Assembly (NCBI GenBank): GCA_964057225.1
Contig: OZ059900.1
Span: forward strand, 19,592,001-19,656,000
Reading direction: 5' to 3'
Length of the DNA: 64,000 nt
DNA from: Auanema rhodensis
Taxonomy: Eukaryota; Animalia; Nematoda
Shown here piece by piece: positions 52,801 through 64,000 of this stretch; the stretch's first letter is position 1; every line of letters starts with the position of its first letter. The translations under genes were made by a program, and so were the position numbers. Below the pieces are notes generated by a model. It saw nothing but the letters and a program-made list of their open reading frames with translations. It was not told the DNA's origin and ran no database searches.

Positions 52801-55800
52801 ATATTTTATTATGCTGGAAAACCAGTTTTTGGAAATTTCGCTGTAAACAAGGTTTTGACTTACGATTTCATGTGTTCAAACTCATGCAATGTCAATGAAA
52901 CCTAGCTCAAAATTGTTCGTACAACGTCTAGTTCCACTTTCACGACTAAAAAACAGGGGTTAGAAAATTAAGGAAATTAGCATATTCTGAGGGCACGCCC
53001 CTTATGGCTAATATTGATTAAATCGATTTTTGTTCATATGAGTCGTCAAATGCAACGAATTTCAGCGTGTTACATACTAAAATGAAGCATTTCACATGCT
53101 GAACACTAGAAAAATACAAAAACACAGTATTTCCCATGAGAAATATTTTATTATGCTGGAAAACCAGTTTTTGGAAATTTCGCTGTAAACAAGGTTTTGA
53201 CTTACGATTTCATGTGTTCAAACTCATGCAATGTCAATGAAACCTAGCTCAAAATTGTTCGTACAACGTCTGGTTCCACTTTCACGACAAAAAAACAGGG
53301 GTTAGAAAATTAAGGAAATTAGCATATTCTGAGGGCACGCCCCTTATGGCTAATATTGATTAAATCGATTTTTGTTCATATGAGTCGTCAAATGCAACGA
53401 ATTTCAGCGTGTTACATACTAAAATGAAGCATTTTACATGCTGAACACTAGAAAAATACAAAAACACAGTATTTCCCATGAGAAATATTTTATTATGCTG
53501 GAAAACCAGTTTTTGGAAATTTCGCTGTAAACAAGGTTTTGACTTACGATTTCATGTGTTCAAACTCATGCAATGTCAATGAAACCTAGCTCAAAATTGT
53601 TCGTACAACGTCTAGTTCCACTTTCACGACAAAAAAACAGGGGTTAGAAAATTAAGGAAATTAGCATATTCTGAGGGCACGCCCCTTATGGCTAATATTG
53701 ATTAAATCGATTTTTGTTCATATGAGTCGTCAAATGCAACGAATTTCAGCGTGTTACATACTAAAATGAAGCATTTTACATGCTGAACACTAGAAAAATA
53801 CAAAAACACAGTAATACCCATGAGAAATATTTTATTATGCTGGAAAACCAGTTTTTGGAAATTTCGCTGTAAACAAGGTTTTGACTTACGATTTCATGTG
53901 TTCAAACTCATGCAATGTCAATGAAACCTAGCTCAAAATTGTTAATACAATGTCTAGTTCCACTTTCACGACAAAAAAACAGGGGTTAGAAAATTAAGGA
54001 AATTAGCATATTCTGAGGGCACGCCCTTTATGGCTAATATTGATTAAATCGATTTTTGTTCATATGAGTCGTCAAATGCAACGAATTTCAGCGTGTTACA
54101 TACTAAAATGAAGCATTTTACATGCTGAACACTAGAAAAATACAAAAACACAGTATTTCCCATGAGAAATATTTTATTATGCTGGAAAACCAGTTTTTGG
54201 AAATTTCGCTGTAAACAAGGTTTTGACTTACGATTTCATGTGTTCAAACTCATGCAATGTCAATGAAACCTAGCTCAAAATTGTTCGTACAACGTCTAGT
54301 TCCACTTTCACGACTAAAAAACAGGGGTTAGAAAATTAAGGAAATTAGCATATTCTGAGGGCACGCCCCTTATGGCTAATATTGATTAAATCGATTTTTG
54401 TTCATATGAGTCGTCAAATGCAACGAATTTCAGCGTGTTACATACTAAAATGAAGCATTTTACATGCTGAACACTAGAAAAATACAAAAACACAGTATTT
54501 CCCATGAGAAATATTTTATTATGCTGGAAAACCAGTTTTTGGAAATTTCGCTGTAAACAAGGTTTTGACTTACGATTTCATGTGTTCAAACTCATGCAAT
54601 GTCAATGAAACCCAGCTCAAAATTGTTCGTACAACGTCTAGTTCCACTTTCACGACAAAAAAACAGGGGTTAGAAAATTAAGGAAATTAGCATATTCTGA
54701 GGGCACGCCCCCTATGGCTAATATTGATTAAATCGATTTTTGTTCATATGAGTCGTCAAATGCAACGAATTTCAGCGTGTTACATACTAAAATGAAGCAT
54801 TTTACATGCTGAACACTAGAAAAATACAAAAACACAGTATTTCTCATGAGAAATATTTTATTATGCTGGAAAACCAGTTTTTGGAAATTTCGCTGTAAAC
54901 AAGGTTTTGACTTACGATTTCATGTGTTCAAACTCATGCAATGTCAATGAAACCCAGCTCAAAATTGTTCGTACAACGTCTAGTTCCACTTTCACGACAA
55001 AAAAACAGGGGTTAGAAAATTAAGGAAATTAGCATATTCTGAGGGCACGCCCCTTATGGCTAATATTGATTAAATCGATTTTTGTTCATATGAGTCGTCA
55101 AATGCAACGAATTTCAGCGTGTTACATACTAAAATGAAGCATTTTACATGCTGAACACTAGAAAAATACAAAAACACAGTATTTCCCATGAGAAATATTT
55201 TATTATGCTGGAAAACCAGTTTTTGGAAATTTCGCTGTAAACAAGGTTTTGACTTACGATTTCATGTGTTCAAACTCATGCAATGTCAATGAAACCTAGC
55301 TCAAAATTGTTCGTACAACGTCTAGTTCCACTTTCACGACAAAAAAACAGGGGTTAGAAAATTAAGGAAATTAGCATATTCTGAGGGCACGCCCCTTATG
55401 GCTAATATTGATTAAATCGATTTTTGTTCATATGAGTCGTCAAATGCAACGAATTTCAGCGTGTTACATACTAAAATGAAGCATTTCACATGCTGAACAC
55501 TAGAAAAATACAAAAACACAGTAATACCCATGAGAAATATTTTATTATGCTGGAAAACCAGTTTTTGGAAATTTCGCTGTAAACAAGGTTTTGACTTACG
55601 ATTTCATGTGTTCAAACTCATGCAATGTCAATGAAACCCAGCTCAAAATTGTTCGTACAACGTCTAGTTCCACTTTCACGACAAAAAAACAGGGGTTAGA
55701 AAATTAAGGAAATTAGCATATTCTGAGGGCACGCCCCTTATGGCTAATATTGATTAAATCGATTTTTGTTCATATGAGTCGTCAAATGCAACGAATTTCA

Positions 55801-56199
55801 GCGTGTTACATACTAAAATGAAGCATTTTACATGCTGAACACTAGAAAAATACAAAAACACAGTATTTCCCATGAGAAATATTTTATTATGCTGGAAAAC
55901 CAGTTTTTGGAAATTTCGCTGTAAACAAGGTTTTGACTTACGATTTCATGTGTTCAAACTCATGCAATGTCAATGAATCCTAGCTCAAAATTGTTCGTAC
56001 AACGTCTAGTTCCACTTTCACGACAAAAAAACAGGGGTTAGAAAATTAAGGAAATTAGCATATTCTGAGGGCACGCCCCTTATGGCTAATATTGATTAAA
56101 TCGATTTTTGTTCATATGAGTCGTCAAATGCAACGAATTTCAGCGTGTTACATACTAAAATGAAGCATTTCACATGCTGAACACTAGAAAAATACAAAA

Positions 56200-59100
56200 A
56201 CACAGTAATACCCATGAGAAATATTTTATTATGCTGGAAAACCAGTTTTTGGAAATTTCGCTGTAAACAAGGTTTTGACTTACGATTTCATGTGTTCAAA
56301 CTCATGCAATGTCAATGAAACCTAGCTCAAAATTGTTCGTACAACGTCTAGTTCCACTTTCACGACAAAAAAACAGGGGTTAGAAAATTAAGGAAATTAG
56401 CATATTCTGAGGGCACGCCCCTTATGGCTAATATTGATTAAATCGATTTTTGTTCATATGATTCGTCAAATGCAACGAATTTCAGCGTGTTACATACTAA
56501 AATGAACCATTTTACATGCTGAACACTAGAAAAATACAAAAACACAGTAATACCCATGAGAAATATTTTATTATGCTGGAAAACCAGTTTTTGGAAATTT
56601 CGCTGTAAACAAGGTTTTGACTTACGATTTCATGTGTTCAAACTCATGCAATGTCAATGAAACCTAGCTCAAAATTGTTAATACAATGTCTAGTTCCACT
56701 TTCACGACAAAAAAACAGGGGTTAGAAAATTAAGGAAATTAGCATATTCTGAGGGCACGCCCTTTATGGCTAATATTGATTAAATCGATTTTTGTTCATA
56801 TGAGTCGTCAAATGCAACGAATTTCAGCGTGTTACATACTAAAATGAAGCATTTTACATGCTGAACACTAGAAAAATACAAAAACACAGTATTTCCCATG
56901 AGAAATATTTTATTATGCTGGAAAACCAGTTTTTGGAAATTTCGCTGTAAACAAGGTTTTGACTTACGATTTCATGTGTTCAAACTCATGCAATGTCAAT
57001 GAAACCTAGCTCAAAATTGTTCGTACAACGTCTAGTTCCACTTTCACGACTAAAAAACAGGGGTTAGAAAATTAAGGAAATTAGCATATTCTGAGGGCAC
57101 GCCCCTTATGGCTAATATTGATTAAATCGATTTTTGTTCATATGAGTCGTCAAATGCAACGAATTTCAGCGTGTTACATACTAAAATGAAGCATTTTACA
57201 TGCTGAACACTAGAAAAATACAAAAACACAGTATTTCCCATGAGAAATATTTTATTATGCTGGAAAACCAGTTTTTGGAAATTTCGCTGTAAACAAGGTT
57301 TTGACTTACGATTTCATGTGTTCAAACTCATGCAATGTCAATGAAACCCAGCTCAAAATTGTTCGTACAACGTCTAGTTCCACTTTCACGACAAAAAAAC
57401 AGGGGTTAGAAAATTAAGGAAATTAGCATATTCTGAGGGCACGCCCCTTATGGCTAATATTGATTAAATCGATTTTTGTTCATATGAGTCGTCAAATGCA
57501 ACGAATTTCAGCGTGTTACATACTAAAATGAAGCATTTTACATGCTGAACACTAGAAAAATACAAAAACACAGTATTTCCCATGAGAAATATTTTATTAT
57601 GCTGGAAAACCAGTTTTTGGAAATTTCGCTGTAAACAAGGTTTTTACTTACGATTTCATGTGTTCAAACTCATGCAATGTCAATGAAACCTAGCTCAAAA
57701 TTGTTCCTACAACGTCTAGTTCCACTTTCACGACAAAAAAACAGGGGTTAGAAAATTAAGGAAATTAGCATATTCTGAGGGCACGCCCTTTATGGCTAAT
57801 ATTGATTAAATCGATTTTTGTTCATATGAGTCGTCAAATGCAACGAATTTCAGCGTGTTACATACTAAAATGAAGCATTTTACATGCTGAACACTAGAAA
57901 AATACAAAAACACAGTATTTCTCATGAGAAATATTTTATTATGCTGGAAAACCAGTTTTTGGAAATTTCGCTGTAAACAAGGTTTTGACTTACGATTTCA
58001 TGTGTTCAAACTCATGCAATGTCAATGAAACCCAGCTCAAAATTGTTCGTACAACGTCTAGTTCCACTTTCACGACAAAAAAACAGGGGTTAGAAAATTA
58101 AGGAAATTAGCATATTCTGAGGGCACGCCCCTTATGGCTAATATTGATTAAATCGATTTTTGTTCATATGAGTCGTCAAATGCAACGAATTTCAGCGTGT
58201 TACATACTAAAATGAAGCATTTTACATGCTGAACACTAGAAAAATACAAAAACACAGTATTTCCCATGAGAAATATTTTATTATGCTGGAAAACCAGTTT
58301 TTGGAAATTTCGCTGTAAACAAGGTTTTGACTTACGATTTCATTTGTTCAAACTCATGCAATGTCAATGAAACCTAGCTCAAAATTGTTCGTACAACGTC
58401 TAGTTCCACTTTCACGACAAAAAAACAGGGGTTAGAAAATTAAGGAAATTAGCATATTCTGAGGGCACGCCCCTTATGGCTAATATTGATTAAATCGATT
58501 TTTGTTCATATGAGTCGTCAAATGCAACGAATTTCAGCGTGTTACATACTAAAATGAAGCATTTCACATGCTGAACACTAGAAAAATACAAAAACACAGT
58601 AATACCCATGAGAAATATTTTATTATGCTGGAAAACCAGTTTTTGGAAATTTCGCTGTAAACAAGGTTTTGACTTACGATTTCATGTGTTCAAACTCATG
58701 CAATGTCAATGAAACCTAGCTCAAAATTGTTCGTACAACGTCTAGTTCCACTTTCACGACAAAAAAACAGGGGTTAGAAAATTAAGGAAATTAGCATATT
58801 CTGAGGGCACGCCCCTTATGGCTAATATTGATTAAATCGATTTTTGTTCATATGATTCGTCAAATGCAACGAATTTCAGCGTGTTACATACTAAAATGAA
58901 CCATTTTACATGCTGAACACTAGAAAAATACAAAAACACAGTAATGCCCATGAGAAATATTTTATTATGCTGGAAAACCAGTTTTTGGAAATTTCGCTGT
59001 AAACAAGGTTTTGACTTACGATTTCATGTGTTCAAACTCATGCAATGTCAATGAAACCTAGCTCAAAATTGTTAATACAATGTCTAGTTCCACTTTCACG

Positions 59101-59900
59101 ACAAAAAAACAGGGGTTAGAAAATTAAGGAAATTAGCATATTCTGAGGGCACGCCCTTTATGGCTAATATTGATTAAATCGATTTTTGTTCATATGAGTC
59201 GTCAAATGCAACGAATTTCAGCGTGTTACATACTAAAATGAAGCATTTTACATGCTGAACACTAGAAAAATACAAAAACACAGTATTTCCCATGAGAAAT
59301 ATTTTATTATGCTGGAAAACCAGTTTTTGGAAATTTCGCTGTAAACAAGGTTTTGACTTACGATTTCATGTGTTCAAACTCATGCAATGTCAATGAAACC
59401 TAGCTCAAAATTGTTCGTACAACGTCTAGTTCCACTTTCACGACTAAAAAACAGGGGTTAGAAAATTAAGGAAATTAGCATATTCTGAGGGCACGCCCCT
59501 TATGGCTAATATTGATTAAATCGATTTTTGTTCATATGAGTCGTCAAATGCAACGAATTTCAGCGTGTTACATACTAAAATGAAGCATTTTACATGCTGA
59601 ACACTAGAAAAATACAAAAACACAGTATTTCCCATGAGAAATATTTTATTATGCTGGAAAACCAGTTTTTGGAAATTTCGCTGTAAACAAGGTTTTGACT
59701 TACGATTTCATGTGTTCAAACTCATGCAATGTCAATGAAACCCAGCTCAAAATTGTTCGTACAACGTCTAGTTCCACTTTCACGACAAAAAAACAGGGGT
59801 TAGAAAATTAAGGAAATTAGCATATTCTGAGGGCACGCCCCTTATGGCTAATATTGATTAAATCGATTTTTGTTCATATGAGTCGTCAAATGCAACGAAT
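56200..59900 (-). repeat. 7-monomer (2394 bp) higher-order duplication, approximate limits
   Basis: The private double variant ATGATTCGTC + ATGAACCAT occurs at 56461 and 58855. GTTAATAC occurs at 56680/59074 and ACCCAGC at 57349/59743. Confidence 0.8.
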
Positions 59901-62900
59901 TTCAGCGTGTTACATACTAAAATGAAGCATTTTACATGCTGAACACTAGAAAAATACAAAAACACAGTATTTCCCATGAGAAATATTTTATTATGCTGGA
60001 AAACCAGTTTTTGGAAATTTCGCTGTAAACAAGGTTTTGACTTACGATTTCATGTGTTCAAACTCATGCAATGTCAATGAAACCTAGCTCAAAATTGTTC
60101 CTACAACGTCTAGTTCCACTTTCACGACAAAAAAACAGGGGTTAGAAAATTAAGGAAATTAGCATATTCTGAGGGCACGCCCTTTATGGCTAATATTGAT
60201 TAAATCGGTTTTTGTTCATATGAGTCGTCAAATGCAACGAATTTCAGCGTGTTACATACTAAAATGAAGCATTTCACATGCTGAACACTAGAAAAATACA
60301 AAAACACAGTATTTCCCATGAGAAATATTTTATTATGCTGGAAAACCAGTTTTTGGAAATTTCGCTGTAAACAAGGTTTTGACTTACGATTTCATGTGTT
60401 CAAACTCATGCAATGTCAATGAAACCTAGCTCAAAATTGTTCGTACAACGTCTAGTTCCACTTTCACGACAAAAAAACAGGGGTTAGAAAATTAAGGAAA
60501 TTAGCATATTCTGAGGGCACGCCCCTTATGGCTAATATTGATTAAATCGATTTTTGTTCATATGAGTCGTCAAATGCAACGAATTTCAGCGTGTTACATA
60601 CTAAAATGAAGCATTTTACATGCTGAACACTAGAAAAATACAAAAACACAGTATTTCCCATGAGAAATATTTTATTATGCTGGAAAACCAGTTTTTGGAA
60701 ATTTCGCTGTAAACAAGGTTTTGACTTACGATTTCATGTGTTCAAACTCATGCAATGTCAATGAAACCTATCTCAAAATTGTTCGTACAACGTCTAGTTC
60801 CACTTTCACGACTAAAAAACAGGGGTTAGAAAATTAAGGAAATTAGCATATTCTGAGGGCACGCCCCTTATGGCTAATATTGATTAAATCGATTTTTGTT
60901 CATATGAGTCGTCAAATGCAACGAATTTCAGCGTGTTACATACTAAAATGAAGCATTTTACATGCTGAACACTAGAAAAATACAAAAACACAGTATTTCC
61001 CATGAGAAATATTTTATTATGCTGGAAAACCAGTTTTTGGAAATTTCGCTGTAAACAAGGTTTTGACTTACGATTTCATGTGTTCAAACTCATGCAATGT
61101 CAATGAAACCTAGCTCAAAATTGTTCGTACAACGTCTAGTTCCACTTTCACGACAAAAAAACAGGGGTTAGAAAATTAAGGAAATTAGCATATTCTGAGG
61201 GCACGCCCCTTATGGCTAATATTGATTAAATCGATTTTTGTTCATATGAGTCGTCAAATGCAACGAATTTCAGCGTGTTACATACTAAAATGAAGCATTT
61301 TACATGCTGAACACTAGAAAAATACAAAAACACAGTATTTCCCATGAGAAATATTTTATTATGCTGGAAAACCAGTTTTTGGAAATTTCGCTGTAAACAA
61401 GGTTTTGACTTACGATTTCATGTGTTCAAACTCATGCAATGTCAATGAAACCCAGCTCAAAATTGTTCGTACAACGTCTAGTTCCACTTTCACGACAAAA
61501 AAACAGGGGTTAGAAAATTAAGGAAATTAGCATATTCTGAGGGCACGCCCCTTATGGCTAATATTGATTAAATCGATTTTTGTTCATATGAGTCGTCAAA
61601 TGCAACGAATTTCAGCGTGTTACATACTAAAATGAAGCATTTTACATGCTGAACACTAGAAAAATACAAAAACACAGTATTTCCCATGAGAAATATTTTA
61701 TTATGCTGGAAAACCAGTTTTTGGAAATTTCGCTGTAAACAAGGTTTTGACTTACGATTTCATGTGTTCAAACTCATGCAATGTCAATGAAACCTATCTC
61801 AAAATTGTTCGTACAACGTCTAGTTCCACTTTCACGACTAAAAAACAGGGGTTAGAAAATTAAGGAAATTAGCATATTCTGAGGGCACGCCCCTTATGGC
61901 TAATATTGATTAAATCGATTTTTGTTCATATGAGTCGTCAAATGCAACGAATTTCAGCGTGTTACATACTAAAATGAAGCATTTTACATGCTGAACACTA
62001 GAAAAATACAAAAACACAGTATTTCCCATGAGAAATATTTTATTATGCTGGAAAACCAGTTTTTGGAAATTTCGCTGTAAACAAGGTTTTGACTTACGAT
62101 TTCATGTGTTCAAACTCATGCAATGTCAATGAAACCTAGCTCAAAATTGTTCGTACAACGTCTAGTTCCACTTTCACGACAAAAAAACAGGGGTTAGAAA
62201 ATTAAGGAAATTAGCATATTCTGAGGGCACGCCCCTTATGGCTAATATTGATTAAATCGATTTTTGTTCATATGAGTCGTCAAATGCAACGAATTTCAGC
62301 GTGTTACATACTAAAATGAAGCATTTTACATGCTGAACACTAGAAAAATACAAAAACACAGTATTTCCCATGAGAAATATTTTATTATGCTGGAAAACCA
62401 GTTTTTGGAAATTTCGCTGTAAACAAGGTTTTGACTTACGATTTCATGTGTTCAAACTCATGCAATGTCAATGAAACCCAGCTCAAAATTGTTCGTACAA
62501 CGTCTAGTTCCACTTTCACGACAAAAAAACAGGGGTTAGAAAATTAAGGAAATTAGCATATTCTGAGGGCACGCCCCTTATGGCTAATATTGATTAAATC
62601 GATTTTTGTTCATATGAGTCGTCAAATGCAACGAATTTCAGCGTGTTACATACTAAAATGAAGCATTTCACATGCTGAACACTAGAAAAATACAAAAACA
62701 CAGTATTTCCCATGAGAAATATTTTATTATGCTGGAAAACCAGTTTTTGGAAATTTCGCTGTAAACAAGGTTTTGACTTACGATTTCATGTGTTCAAACT
62801 CATGCAATGTCAATGAAACCTAGCTCAAAATTGTTCGTACAACGTCTAGTTCCACTTTCACGACAAAAAAACAGGGGTTAGAAAATTAAGGAAATTAGCA

Positions 62901-64000
62901 TATTCTGAGGGCACGCCCCTTATGGCTAATATTGATTAAATCGATTTTTGTTCATATGAGTCGTCAAATGCAACGAATTTCAGCGTGTTACATACTAAAA
63001 TGAAGCATTTTACATGCTGAACACTAGAAAAATACAAAAACACAGTATTTCCCATGAGAAATATTTTATTATGCTGGAAAACCAGTTTTTGGAAATTTCG
63101 CTGTAAACAAGGTTTTGACTTACGATTTCATGTGTTCAAACTCATGCAATGTCAATGAAACCCAGCTCAAAATTGTTCGTACAACGTCTAGTTCCACTTT
63201 CACGACAAAAAAACAGGGGTTAGAAAATTAAGGAAATTAGCATATTCTGAGGGCACGCCCCTTATGGCTAATATTGATTAAATCGATTTTTGTTCATATG
63301 AGTCGTCAAATGCAACGAATTTCAGCGTGTTACATACTAAAATGAAGCATTTTACATGCTGAACACTAGAAAAATACAAAAACACAGTATTTCCCATGAG
63401 AAATATTTTATTATGCTGGAAAACCAGTTTTTGGAAATTTCGCTGTAAACAAGGTTTTGACTTACGATTTCATGTGTTCAAACTCATGCAATGTCAATGA
63501 AACCTAGCTCAAAATTGTTCGTACAACGTCTAGTTCCACTTTCACGACAAAAAAACAGGGGTTAGAAAATTAAGGAAATTAGCATATTCTGAGGGCACGC
63601 CCCTTATGGCTAATATTGATTAAATCGATTTTTGTTCATATGAGTCGTCAAATGCAACGAATTTCAGCGTGTTACATACTAAAATGAAGCATTTTACATG
63701 CTGAACACTAGAAAAATACAAAAACACAGTATTTCCCATGAGAAATATTTTATTATGCTGGAAAACCAGTTTTTGGAAATTTCGCTGTAAACAAGGTTTT
63801 GACTTACGATTTCATGTGTTCAAACTCATGCAATGTCAATGAAACCTAGCTCAAAATTGTTCGTACAACGTCTAGTTCCACTTTCACGACAAAAAAACAG
63901 GGGTTAGAAAATTAAGGAAATTAGCATATTCTGAGGGCACGCCCCTTATGGCTAATATTGATTAAATCGATTTTTGTTCATATGAGTCGTCAAATGCAAC

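Larger units (their letters stand above)
1..64000. repeat. Satellite DNA array, 342-bp monomer, ~187 near-identical copies (array runs off both window ends)
   Basis: CCTTGTTTACAGCGAAATTTCC recurs at 1, 343, 685, 1027, 1369, 1711, 3421 and so on (period 342). The reverse complement recurs with the same period from 11675. No non-repeat sequence is seen. Monomer 1 has 117/342 G+C. Confidence 0.99.
17314..64000 (-). repeat. Satellite block D, inverted orientation, ~136 monomers
   Basis: Uninterrupted reverse-complement monomers to the window end, with only SNPs and +3 bp A-tract variants. Confidence 0.97.

Noticed and set aside
1-64000. CRISPR array or other repeat-spacer system
   Set aside because: There are no unique spacers. 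The full 342 bp is repeated head-to-tail and no cas or other genes are present.
1-64000. Information-bearing code in the order of monomer variants
   Set aside because: The variant order is explained by nested duplications with offsets that are multiples of 342 (plus known indels). Nothing requires a functional code.

Overview
The whole 64 kb window is one satellite-DNA array with no unique sequence, genes, RNA genes, transposons or CRISPR spacers. It holds about 187 tandem copies of a 342-bp monomer (34% GC by hand count, CpG o/e about 1.0), and copies differ by only a few bases. The array switches orientation three times: + 1-11674, - 11675-16220, + 16219-17313, - 17314-64000. The two convergent junctions (11674/11675 and 17313/17314) are identical to the base. 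The divergent junction has a 2-bp GC microhomology and a mirror-image rare monomer on each side. Diagnostic variants show nested higher-order duplications: a 4771-bp (14-monomer) offset marked by a 17-bp deletion, a 7530-bp (22-mer) tandem duplication, and 2- to 10-mer duplications. Variant sets also turn over along the array. It looks like eukaryotic, probably (peri)centromeric or heterochromatic, satellite DNA; I cannot name the family or species. Both supplied ORFs are chance read-throughs. I found no protein-coding system; the interest lies in the rearrangement history and the monomer architecture.
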